Below are positions 30,209 through 39,289 of a stretch of DNA of 64,000 nt, piece by piece. The translations under genes and the position numbers were made by a program. Below the pieces are notes generated by a model, which had not been told where the DNA came from, made no database searches, and saw only the letters and a list, made by a program, of their open reading frames with translations. The first letter of the stretch is position 1. Each line of letters starts with the position of its first letter. Origin of the DNA: Candidatus Thalassarchaeum sp. (GTDB lineage Archaea; Thermoplasmatota; Poseidoniia; Poseidoniales; Thalassarchaeaceae); contig JAKURM010000001.1 in NCBI GenBank assembly GCA_022449945.1, positions 7,569-71,568 of the forward strand. Reading direction: 5' to 3'.

Positions 30209-31248
30209 CTGAACCGGATTTCAACGACCTCCTGTCCCGATTTGACCTCCGTGACATGGCCGGGTTCACTAGAAAGTTCGTAGACGATCTTCGGTCCTCA
30301 ATGTCTGCCACGATAGACATAGGTGAAGATTCGGACTGGAGTGGCGTAATATGCCTGGGAATGGGTGGCTCGGGCGCCGGCGGATTGTTCCTTAGGGCTC
30401 TCTCAGATGATTCTGGAGGCCTGCCCTTCGTTGTTTGGAGGGACTATGGGCTGCCTTCTTGGTGGGGCCCGGACTGGCTTGTTATTGCAACTTCATACTC
30501 TGGAAATACTGAGGAAACTCTGGATGGAGTTAGGGAGGCAATCTCCAATGGTGGAACTGTCGTGGGAATTTGCTCAGGTGGAAAATTAGAGGACACCCTG
30601 CTGGAAAGCGAAGGCTCGGTATGTCTCAATGTCCCGACGGGTCAGATGCCACGCTCTGCATTCGGCCACATCTTCGGAACTCAACTATCGGCCTGCTGGT
30701 CGTTGGGTTTGCTTCCCGAACCGAGACCCGAGGAAATCACAGGGATGCTCAGCAGACTTTCTGAGGTTTCCGCGGATGCCGATATCTCAGATAACTCTGG
30801 AATGGCGGCGACTCTCTCTCGTTCTTTAGTTGGAAAGGAGGTGGGGATAGTTTCTCCAGCCTGCCTCGGTCCGGCTGCTTACCGATTTTCTTGCCAACTC
30901 AATGAGAATTCTGCAATACATGCAACTTCTTCCGATGTACCCGAAATGAACCACAATGAGATAGTGGCGTGGTCAATCAATGAACCAACAAACAGAGCAC
31001 TATTGTTGCTTTCAAGTGACGACTTACATCCTCGGACAACGGCTAGGATTGATTGGATGATCGACGAAGTCGAGGCCTCACCGACATGGGTCATCGACTG
31101 CGATGGCGAAAGTTTGTTGGAAAGATTACTCTATGCTGCTCACGTTACCGACTGGATATCTATCGGGCTTGCTGTCCTTACCGAAGAAGATCCCTCAGAT
31201 ATGCATGCTATTGAGTCATTGAAGTCCCACCTTGCGTCAATTCAGTAG
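30205..31248 (+). CDS. Bifunctional phosphoglucose/phosphomannose isomerase (SIS domains)
   Basis: GMGGSG, SYSGNTEET, PR, QLNENS, PEMNHNE. Confidence 0.9.
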   Translation: MTEPDFNDLLSRFDLRDMAGFTRKFVDDLRSSMSATIDIGEDSDWSGVICLGMGGSGAGGLFLRALSDDSGGLPFVVWRDYGLPSWWGPDWLVIATSYSGNTEETLDGVREAISNGGTVVGICSGGKLEDTLLESEGSVCLNVPTGQMPRSAFGHIFGTQLSACWSLGLLPEPRPEEITGMLSRLSEVSADADISDNSGMAATLSRSLVGKEVGIVSPACLGPAAYRFSCQLNENSAIHATSSDVPEMNHNEIVAWSINEPTNRALLLLSSDDLHPRTTARIDWMIDEVEASPTWVIDCDGESLLERLLYAAHVTDWISIGLAVLTEEDPSDMHAIESLKSHLASIQ

Positions 31249-31841
31249 AGCTGACCAAGCACCAGCCTAGGATCTGGATAGTCCCTGAGTGACTGATCTC
31301 TTTCTTTTGGAGAAACCACTCCCGGAAGGTCATGAGTCTCTGGCTCAATAAGGGAAAGCTGGAAGTGAAGGTGTGGCTCCCATCCTCCGTTCTCATGAAA
31401 GTCACCTAGCCACCCAATCACCTCTCCAGCAGAAATTTTCTGACCTGCATACTTACCTTCCAGAGAAGCAGCATCAAGATGGCCATAGAGTGCCCAAAAA
31501 CACTCGCCTCCGATTTCGTGCCTTGTGATGACGACGTTTCCATAATCGCCCTTTTCAGGATTATAACCAAAGTGGGAAATTTCCCCCTCCATGAATGCCA
31601 TGCATGGAGTACCTACCGGTGCCCCAATGTCGATACCGACATGTAAGAATCGCTCACCTTGAAAAATCTCTGTAGTGTACAAACCCGGCCTCAGCTCATC
31701 GTATTTCCCAACGCTGTAAACGGTTTCCGGTGTACGCCAATTTCCACCTGTTAGGTCAAGTACAGAATATTCCTCAGGCATTCTGATGACTTCTTCGAAT
31801 CGTTGCGCGCCCCAATCCACCATGGTCATCCGATGTACCAT
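31242..31841 (-). CDS. M23 family metallopeptidase
   Basis: HVGID, GTP, DYGNVV, LYGHL, ENGGWEPHLHFQ. Start uncertain because it overlaps the rmuC end. Confidence 0.88.
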   Translation of the reverse strand: MVHRMTMVDWGAQRFEEVIRMPEEYSVLDLTGGNWRTPETVYSVGKYDELRPGLYTTEIFQGERFLHVGIDIGAPVGTPCMAFMEGEISHFGYNPEKGDYGNVVITRHEIGGECFWALYGHLDAASLEGKYAGQKISAGEVIGWLGDFHENGGWEPHLHFQLSLIEPETHDLPGVVSPKERDQSLRDYPDPRLVLGQLY

Positions 31842-33063
31842 CTAGCAATGATTCCTCCTCCTCGGCCCTTTCAGCAAGGCTCCTGATTCCACTCTTCTCA
31901 CGAAGGTCCTTTTTCGTCTTGGCCCCCAGATCCTTTAGTTTCTCAGTTTGCTTGATTATGCTCCCTGATCCTTCTATCAAGCGATTTTCCGCCAAATCAT
32001 ATGCCTCCTTAGCTTGGCGAAGCTCGAAGCCGACACTAGTGAAAGACTCAAGAAAAAGCACTATTTTGTCGTGGAGCTTTCCCGCTCGATCTATCAACTC
32101 AATCTGGTTTTTTGTCTGATTCTCTTTTTGCCACATTTCTTTGACCAGAAGCAATACGATATCCAGCGCACCACTGGGCGTAATCTTCACTTTGTCGTAC
32201 GAGCTAACTTCCGAATAGAGCCCCGGGTTGTACCTTATCGCGTCGTAGAATGCACTGTCAAGCGGGGGGATCATTAGTACGAATTCAAGAGTTTTGACTC
32301 CCTCTAAATGATGATAGTTCTTCGAAGCGAGTTTTTTTGCATGAGAGCGAATCGATTCGCAGTGTCTTTTCATCGCCGTATTTTTTTCTTCTTCGTCTTG
32401 AGCCTCGATAAACTCGGTATACGCCTTTAGAGAGACTTTTGAATCTAGAACAACCTGTCTATCATTTGGAAGATTAATAATGAAATCAGCTAACTTCCTT
32501 GACCCATCTGCAGCTGTTTCCGAATACTGCTTAACGTAGTCCCGACCTTCTGCAAATCCCATTCTTTGGAGGGAATTCTCCAGAACTACTTCTCCCCATG
32601 TACCCTGGACTTGAGAGTCCCCCTTCAGTGCACGTGTGAGGTTGTTTGCATCATCTGAGATCTTTATCCCTGCTTCCACCATTGAGTCCAATCTCTCTCT
32701 AAGTGCAACGTTCATGTCGTTGTTGCCCCTTTCCAAATCAAGCAGTGCCTTCTGGTATTCCCCAATACTGGTTGATAATTTTTCAGTGGCCGTTTTGAAA
32801 GAAGACTCCTTTTCTTTGTCGGCCAACTCGATTGCCGTTGAGAAAGCTTCTCCCGCTGCCAATTTATACGCATCAAGCATTTGTTCTCGAGTTCCCTCGA
32901 AAACCTCTTCTTTGGCCTCAATAAGGGCCCTGAGGCGATACAACTCTTGTTCTGATGCAGTAGACTCAGCTGACCCTTTGCCTTTGGAAAGTAACCAACC
33001 TATGCTTGTACCAAATATCAGTCCGAGGACAATATATGCCAGTCCGAGCGCTTCCACATCCAA
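31774..33063 (-). CDS. rmuC: DNA recombination protein RmuC
   Basis: N-terminal TM and coiled coil; ALKGDSQVQGTWGEVVLE, D..I.LP...LDSK, FVLM. Confidence 0.9.
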   Translation of the reverse strand: MDVEALGLAYIVLGLIFGTSIGWLLSKGKGSAESTASEQELYRLRALIEAKEEVFEGTREQMLDAYKLAAGEAFSTAIELADKEKESSFKTATEKLSTSIGEYQKALLDLERGNNDMNVALRERLDSMVEAGIKISDDANNLTRALKGDSQVQGTWGEVVLENSLQRMGFAEGRDYVKQYSETAADGSRKLADFIINLPNDRQVVLDSKVSLKAYTEFIEAQDEEEKNTAMKRHCESIRSHAKKLASKNYHHLEGVKTLEFVLMIPPLDSAFYDAIRYNPGLYSEVSSYDKVKITPSGALDIVLLLVKEMWQKENQTKNQIELIDRAGKLHDKIVLFLESFTSVGFELRQAKEAYDLAENRLIEGSGSIIKQTEKLKDLGAKTKKDLREKSGIRSLAERAEEEESLLDGTSDDHGGLGRATIRRSHQNA

Positions 33064-33143
33064 GCATTATAATCGGGAGTATTTCAACTATCATGAAGAA
33101 TAGCAACTTTAGATTAATTCAATCGTCCCCCTCCCGGGATAAC

Positions 33144-33758
33144 ATGCGCCTCCGAACCCTGGCTATCGAACTCTCAAAACTGGAGGGCTTAACTGCGCAG
33201 AAATTAGAGTTCGAGCAATACCAAACTGGTGGGGATTTGGCCGCCCGTTGGCTTAGCGATATCCTGGCTTTTGATGATATTTCTGATGATTGCAGAGTAG
33301 CTGATTTAGGATCCGGAAATGGCATTCTAGGGATAGGGGCGGTACTTTTGGGAGCGAAATCAGCATTATTAGTTGAAATTGATGAAGAATCATGCTCAGT
33401 TTGCCGGAGAAACATCGCGTCTCTGGGTTTGGAAGAGCAGGTGGAGGTCGTGCAACTAGAAATTGGAAGGGATGATTTGGAAATTGGAGATTCTGATATC
33501 ATCATTTCCAATCCTCCTTGGGGCCGGCAAACAAGGGCGTCCGACAGGCCATTTATGGAAGAAATAATTTCTACCGGAGTAAAGGCCCATTTGATGCATA
33601 GTGCAGAAGCTACCCATGTTGAGAAATTTTTCATCGGTTCAGGCTGGGGCACAGAAAAATATGGCATTGCGGACTTTGCTCTGCCTTCTGCATATGATCA
33701 TCATACCAGGGAAAGAGGGAGAACAAAGGCAGTTTTCTGGCGAATGACCCCTCCATGA
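33144..33758 (+). CDS. METTL5-like SAM-dependent RNA methyltransferase
   Basis: EQYQT, DLGSGNGILG, NPPWG, D.PF, Y.HH. Start MRLRTL. Confidence 0.85.
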   Translation: MRLRTLAIELSKLEGLTAQKLEFEQYQTGGDLAARWLSDILAFDDISDDCRVADLGSGNGILGIGAVLLGAKSALLVEIDEESCSVCRRNIASLGLEEQVEVVQLEIGRDDLEIGDSDIIISNPPWGRQTRASDRPFMEEIISTGVKAHLMHSAEATHVEKFFIGSGWGTEKYGIADFALPSAYDHHTRERGRTKAVFWRMTPP

Positions 33759-33814
33759 TGGACATGCCGATTTAGGCCGGACCGTTCATAGGGGGTATTC
33801 CGGTCGGCGGGCCG

Positions 33815-35068
33815 ATGGCAGCATCCATAGGTGACCACGTTACTCCCGGCTCTCCAATAGAATTTGGCCCCGGGTCAGATTTTGGCGAGGGAATTCATGT
33901 TTCAGAAAAGGGTGCCGTGGCAGTCCTTTCAGGGCAAATAGTGAGTGATTCTGGGAAAATTTCTGTCGAATCATCCGTACCACCAATAAATTCGCCGAAG
34001 ATGGGCGATGTATTGATCGGTGAGGTGAACAGACTCAACGAGAAGACTGCAGAGATCAGAGTTCTTCATATTGAGTCAAACGAAGGGGGCCATAGGGCCG
34101 TACCGGCACTGAAGCTGTTCGCTGACATCTACGTTTCCGAGATAGTGGATCGATTCATCCCATCAGCGGGGGATGCCATGAGGAAGCGCGACATCGTCAG
34201 GGCGAAAGTGATCAAGGTTGAGCCGATGTTGAAGGCCACAACCAAGGGGGACTCCAAACTCGGGGTCCTCCATGCAGCATGTCCGCCTTGCGGGGTAGAA
34301 CTAGTTGTGAGCGAAAAGACCCCTGACTTCAACGTAGAATGCCCTCGATGCGACTACAGGGGTTTCAGGGCCCTTTCAAACGGCTTCGGGCATGGATTCG
34401 ATATCCCAAAAGGCTCTGACATCCAGAGCCTAAATCGTCCTGGCCAGAGATGGTCAGAAGAAGCGGAATCAATGCTTGGTCACGATGGAGCCCGCCCGTA
34501 CCTCTCACCCGTAGCCGATCATAGGCGTGGCTGGGCCCACGAGATCCCAGCATCAGCCAGGAGATCGCAATCCACAAGGGGCGGTGGGAGGCAGAAGAGG
34601 GAGATGTTCCCTACCGAATGCACTCTTTGCGGCGACTCGACCAAGGTTCCCTTCAAACCCACGCCCGGGAAGCCAATTCGTTGTAGGGGGTGCATGGAGA
34701 AAGTAGAGTCGGGCAATGCCGACAAGGATTCCCTCGCCAAGGAAAGGAAGATCATCAAGATGGCCAGAGAGAAGTCCCAAGGCGAAATTGGTGCCAAACT
34801 CTTCGTCGGTGGAATATCCTATGACGCATCCGAGGATGACCTCAGGGAGGCGTTTTCAACCCATGGCAAACTGAAGGAAGTCCACCTGGCCATGGACAAA
34901 GAAAAGAACAGGCCAAAGGGATTCGCATTCGTGACATTCTCCAGCAAGGAAGAAGCAAAGAAGGCAATTAAGGCATTGAATAACACCGAATTCAAGGGAA
35001 GGCGGATATCTGTAGAGGAATCAAAACCCCGTGGCCGAAATCGAAGCCAGGGTCGTAGAAGAAGATAA
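33815..35068 (+). CDS. csl4: Exosome cap subunit Csl4 fused to a CxxC-x17-CxxC zinc ribbon and an RRM
   Basis: VTPG..GEG, S1 domain (GD...G.V, DIVRAKV), LGVL.A.CPPC...CPRC; CTLCG...VPFKP..GKPIRCRGC; KLFVGGI / KGFAFVTF (RNP2/RNP1). Confidence 0.85.
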   Translation: MAASIGDHVTPGSPIEFGPGSDFGEGIHVSEKGAVAVLSGQIVSDSGKISVESSVPPINSPKMGDVLIGEVNRLNEKTAEIRVLHIESNEGGHRAVPALKLFADIYVSEIVDRFIPSAGDAMRKRDIVRAKVIKVEPMLKATTKGDSKLGVLHAACPPCGVELVVSEKTPDFNVECPRCDYRGFRALSNGFGHGFDIPKGSDIQSLNRPGQRWSEEAESMLGHDGARPYLSPVADHRRGWAHEIPASARRSQSTRGGGRQKREMFPTECTLCGDSTKVPFKPTPGKPIRCRGCMEKVESGNADKDSLAKERKIIKMAREKSQGEIGAKLFVGGISYDASEDDLREAFSTHGKLKEVHLAMDKEKNRPKGFAFVTFSSKEEAKKAIKALNNTEFKGRRISVEESKPRGRNRSQGRRRR

Positions 35069-35097
35069 GCAATCTGAAATCACCGACCACCTACGAT

Positions 35098-36867
35098 GTG
35101 CTGGTTGACATGCCAGGGTGGCTAGTACTCGATGGTTACGAGGACGAGCCTGCAGCATTCGGGGTCCCTAATTACGTGGGCTTCCACATCCGTTACATTT
35201 GCGGTGTTTTCGAAAACCGAGGAATCCCGTACGAATACCTGACAATAGACCAGCTGAGAATCAATAAGAGAAAGGGCAAATCACCAATTCCCTCAGAATT
35301 GGAGGGTGTGGTAATCCTAGCTGGAGCAGTGGTTCCGGGGAAGTACGTCAGGGGAACTCCGATTAGCAGCAGGGAACTAGACCACTTACTCGCAGATATC
35401 CCCAAGGGGATCCCGGTTCTTTGTGGGGGTTGGGCAATTAGGCAGTGGAGATATTCAGGCTGGACCCCTCTGAGGGAATCCCTATTCTGTACGGTTCAGG
35501 ATGTCGATGCAACTCTGAATCACTATTTGGAGACTGGAGTCTGGGAAAATAGGAAGAGAGATGCCAAACAATGGGGAAGATGGGCTTTGTTGGGGGCTAA
35601 ATCGAAAGCGGTCACCAATCATCCTGATCTATTTTCTGCAGACGGCTCTGCTGGTCCCCTAACCTACGAAGTCGAACTCTACCAGGGATGCGTGCGTTTC
35701 AAGCGAGGATGCAAGTTCTGCATAGAGCCAAAAAAAGGAGTCCCACTATGGAGGGAAAGGAACGATGTTATCAATGAGATCACAAGTGCTCTTGATTCTG
35801 GAGTAAGGAATGTCAGGATAGGCGGGGCAACTGACATCTACACTTACAAGGCGGAAGGAGTGGAAGAACTGGAATACCCATTGCCCAATCCCGAGCCCAT
35901 CTCGCAGATACTCTACCAACTCAGGGAGGACGAACGTGTCGAAGTACTGCATGTGGACAATGCCAATCCCTCGATTATCGCTGAAAACATGGAGCCAGCT
36001 AGGGAGATAACCCAGACCCTTGTGGATACCCTGACGGATGGGGCGGTCCTTTCCTTTGGTCTCGAATCTGCCGATACCAAGGTCCATGATGAGAACTGGT
36101 TGAATTGCAACCCGGGTCAACTTTTGGAAGCAGTTCGAATGGTGAACGAGTTCGGCCGTGAAAGAGGCGAAAGAGGACTCCCAAGACTACTTCCTGGTCT
36201 GAACTTCATCGCAGGACTAAATGGCGAGACAGAAGCAACTTATTCTGAGAACATCAGGCTGTTGAGAAAATTGAGGAGCGAGGGCCTGTGGCTTAGGAGG
36301 ATAAACATCAGGCAAGTAGAGGGGCAGGGATTCCAGGAAGTTCCGACAAGAATATTTAGAGAATTCAAGAAGAATGTGAGGGAGGAGATTGACACACCCC
36401 TCCTGGAAGAAATGCTTCCAGTCGGGACAGTTCTGAAGGACGTATGGTGGGAGTCACACAAGGATCGAATACGAAGGCCTGAGCAAGTGTTCGATCCATC
36501 TTTCAGAGACCCCCTCATTCATGGTAGTTCGGGAATCTCATTCGGTAGGCAGATTGGCGCTTATCCCATACTTGTCGGAGTTCGATACAGAATTCCTTTG
36601 GAGACACGCTCAGACATAATGGTGACGAGTCATGGGAGTAGGAGTGTCTCTGGAGTTGAGTTGGGTCTTGATGTGAATAGTGTAACACAACAGCAACTGG
36701 AGGCAATTCCTGGTATTGGAAAGAAGTCAGCCTGGGCCATCGTAAGAACTAGGGCCATGCTCGCCGGGCCCGAGTCCCAAGCATCATTCTCCACTGTAAC
36801 TGAAGCATTCGAAGAGTCAGGCCTAGATGTGCCAGAGTTGGCAACGACTGTCCTCGGGTCCCATTAG
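35098..36867 (+). CDS. Archaeal radical SAM protein (COG1031-like) with TRAM-like and helix-hairpin-helix C-terminus
   Basis: DGYEDEPAAFGVP, GCVRFKRGCKFC, HVDNANP, RRINIRQV, GRQIGAYPILV, LEAIPGIGKK. Confidence 0.85.
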   Translation: MLVDMPGWLVLDGYEDEPAAFGVPNYVGFHIRYICGVFENRGIPYEYLTIDQLRINKRKGKSPIPSELEGVVILAGAVVPGKYVRGTPISSRELDHLLADIPKGIPVLCGGWAIRQWRYSGWTPLRESLFCTVQDVDATLNHYLETGVWENRKRDAKQWGRWALLGAKSKAVTNHPDLFSADGSAGPLTYEVELYQGCVRFKRGCKFCIEPKKGVPLWRERNDVINEITSALDSGVRNVRIGGATDIYTYKAEGVEELEYPLPNPEPISQILYQLREDERVEVLHVDNANPSIIAENMEPAREITQTLVDTLTDGAVLSFGLESADTKVHDENWLNCNPGQLLEAVRMVNEFGRERGERGLPRLLPGLNFIAGLNGETEATYSENIRLLRKLRSEGLWLRRINIRQVEGQGFQEVPTRIFREFKKNVREEIDTPLLEEMLPVGTVLKDVWWESHKDRIRRPEQVFDPSFRDPLIHGSSGISFGRQIGAYPILVGVRYRIPLETRSDIMVTSHGSRSVSGVELGLDVNSVTQQQLEAIPGIGKKSAWAIVRTRAMLAGPESQASFSTVTEAFEESGLDVPELATTVLGSH

Positions 36868-36880
36868 AAGAGTCCAATTC

Positions 36881-37623
36881 TCAAACATAGAAGTCAGTCG
36901 ATACTTCTGCCTCTTCTTCTCCTAGAATATTCTCTATCGTTCCCATAGGATCAATCTCTTTCATCAGCCTCGCTGCAGTCCTTTCTGTGGTATCTAGATC
37001 CAGGTCGAGAGGAATATCGAATGCCTGTTCAATCCATTTTGCCATTCGGTCGGCAGCCATAACGTCACAACTAGTTCCAACCGTCTCGGCTATGATTCCA
37101 GCAGCATTCACTCCCTTCAAAGAGGATAGAGCCAGCCCCATCCCTGCTATCCCAATCATTCCACTATTGGGCTGCTCCCTGGATACTATGTCCTGAATCT
37201 CGCATCCGCGCAAATTACGTGTATCGATCGATCTTCTGGGCCAGACGCTAATCCGGCTAGAACTAGCAACCTCGGGGCGGACGATTTCGATGCCAGTTCA
37301 AGTATCGATTCGGAAACCTCAAACTGGCCCGCAGCGGTCATTGGCTGCATTAGGCCAGTGATTCCAACCAGTGTTTCCCCATTGGGGATTAGAATTGACT
37401 TCAATTCCAACCTCGGCGGGCGAATCAGACCCTCCTCATCCAGGTTTGCATGGGGGGGGAAGTCCGGATGAATGATCCAACCCAACGTTCTCGATGGATG
37501 CTTCTTGACCAATCCGTCTATCACAATCTTGCCAACGTTTCCTATTCCTGGGACTGCCTCCAGAATGGTGCAGCCCTCTGGCATAGACTCCCCTTCGAGC
37601 CAGTGAACTGTGGACCGACTCAT
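36881..37623 (-). pseudogene. PAC2 family proteasome assembly chaperone, frameshifted near 37190-37210 (real lesion or assembly error)
   Basis: N-half (PGIGNVGK, DFPP, QP) in 37186..37623 and C-half (GMIGIAGMGL, AETVG, D..AA) in 36881..37213 lie in different frames; conserved position after nop10. Confidence 0.8.
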
Positions 37624-37832
37624 TCCTCGTCACTCTTCCTAGGACTTGGTAGGGTATCGACCCACTCTTGACTGCCTGCATCGACTCTTTTCCTCCTCCT
37701 TGCACCTTGTGGGTCTTCAGGAGAGAATTTCAGGGGCGCAACGGCTTCCATGCCCCCTCCACACTGTTCGCATTTTGCCCCTAGTCCGAAATTCCTGCAC
37801 TCCTTGCACCTTTGCAACCTCGTCCTTGCCAT
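37620..37832 (-). CDS. nop10: H/ACA RNP subunit Nop10
   Basis: CKEC...CEQCGG....P.KFSPEDP.G.RR; conserved L44e-S27e-aIF2a-Nop10-PAC2 order. Confidence 0.92.
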   Translation of the reverse strand: MARTRLQRCKECRNFGLGAKCEQCGGGMEAVAPLKFSPEDPQGARRRKRVDAGSQEWVDTLPSPRKSDEE

Positions 37833-37892
37833 AGTGTTCGACCAATAGCCCCTCTAATGGGTAAATGAACTATCTTCCTTTTATGGGCATGC

Positions 37893-38681
37893 TCACAAGC
37901 GTTCTATTGCAATCGAACCCTCGACCGAAGCAATGCTTTCTTCGGCTGCATTCTGCGCTGCTTCCCAAACTTCCTCGGCAGATGGATAATCAGGGGCTTT
38001 GACATCCACCCTATAGTGGGGAGCACCATCGTAATGGCATGTTAGGACAACGTCCTCGTTACCTTCTGCACAGGCTTCTGCTGAAAGAAGGGCCTTCCGA
38101 ATCGCGTTTACCCCCTCAGGTCCCCAGACTTTGATGTCAAAGACTCCTCTGATTTCAACGAACGGGGGGACGATGTTCTCAAACGCTAACTCGGTCACCA
38201 CTTCGATCCAAGAACCTTCGAATCCAGCATCTGAAAGTGCCGAATCGCTGATTGCACACTCTTCCAAGGCACCGTACAGGGAACCGAAAGCCGACTTCAT
38301 CTCATCTGATATTGTCACTGTCTTGGATTCTTCCCACCCAATCCTTTCAGCTGCAACCCTCATGATCTGAGCTGCCCTCTGCTCGTTCTTCCAGGACTGC
38401 AGGGCACCCCTCCTTCTCTCTTCCGAAACTGATTTGATGGACAGCGTGATGCTCTCTCTTTCCAGGTTTACTCCGATTACCTTGGCAACTACCCTCTGCC
38501 CCTCTCTGATATGCGTCCTAATATTCCGGACCCATCCAGTGGCAATTTCACCTATGAAAACGAATCCATCTTTCTCGGGAAAAGTGTCGAGTGAGAGATA
38601 CGCTCCGTTCTCCTTCACACTCTTTACGGAGCAGACGACCAACTCGCCTTCTTCAGGCCAGTCGTTCGCTTCCCCACTCAA
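37893..38681 (-). CDS. eif2a: Translation initiation factor aIF-2 alpha
   Basis: WPEEGELVV S1 domain, EIATGWVRNIR, GAPHYR, APDY. Confidence 0.95.
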   Translation of the reverse strand: MSGEANDWPEEGELVVCSVKSVKENGAYLSLDTFPEKDGFVFIGEIATGWVRNIRTHIREGQRVVAKVIGVNLERESITLSIKSVSEERRRGALQSWKNEQRAAQIMRVAAERIGWEESKTVTISDEMKSAFGSLYGALEECAISDSALSDAGFEGSWIEVVTELAFENIVPPFVEIRGVFDIKVWGPEGVNAIRKALLSAEACAEGNEDVVLTCHYDGAPHYRVDVKAPDYPSAEEVWEAAQNAAEESIASVEGSIAIERL

Positions 38682-38693
38682 GATGCCGCCCCT

Positions 38694-38864
38694 CTAATTC
38701 AGAACCTCAACCACTGTGCAGCCTGTGAGATTAGCCATTCCACCTGATGGCTCTGCAAGCGTCGAACCACAGATCGAGCAAGAAATTGATGTCGATGCTC
38801 TGTCAAAGATTGTACATTCGTTTCCGCAGTCACGACAGCTAACCTTCAGGAACCTACCAGTCAC
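38694..38864 (-). CDS. rps27e: 30S ribosomal protein S27e
   Basis: FLKVSCRDCGN...IF...CSICG..LAEPSGG; GTG start after a GGAGG SD. Confidence 0.95.
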   Translation of the reverse strand: MTGRFLKVSCRDCGNECTIFDRASTSISCSICGSTLAEPSGGMANLTGCTVVEVLN

Positions 38865-38877
38865 AATCTCCCCTCCT

Positions 38878-39159
38878 TCAATTGTCAACTAGTTCGAACT
38901 TCCTTGCCCTCTTCCCCTTTGGAGAGTGGGCCTTTCCCGTTTCAGTGCATCTGTAGACAAGATTAACTCTCTTTGTTGGCTTCTCACCCGAAGGCTTCGG
39001 TCTAGGGAAACCTCGGTATCCCGAGGTCACCCTACGGAATCTCCTCTGCCCCCACTTAAGCTCACTAGCCCTTCTCTTCTTGACTCGTTCTACAGTGTGC
39101 TCAGTGTGCTTTCCAGCATATGGGCTGTACCTCATTACCTTCCGGGGCATCTTGACCAT
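38878..39159 (-). CDS. rpl44e: 50S ribosomal protein L44e
   Basis: MVKMPRK...KHTEH.V...LKWGQRRF..GYRGFPRP...KPTKRV; GAGGTG SD. Confidence 0.95.
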   Translation of the reverse strand: MVKMPRKVMRYSPYAGKHTEHTVERVKKRRASELKWGQRRFRRVTSGYRGFPRPKPSGEKPTKRVNLVYRCTETGKAHSPKGKRARKFELVDN

Positions 39160-39289
39160 GCTGTCACCTCGCAACTCGTGCGCGGCGAGCCACCAATGGC
39201 CCGTATATGAACTAGTCGAGCGCCGCAATTTGGGCCATTATTGGCCATGGGACAAAAAACAACATGAATCGACCTCCTAGCCCGGAGTC

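Noticed and set aside
39165-39190. Possible SD-sequestering hairpin (CTCGC...GCGAG) upstream of rpl44e
   Set aside because: Only 5 bp, and the TATA-like box near 39203-39210 implies transcription starts inside it.
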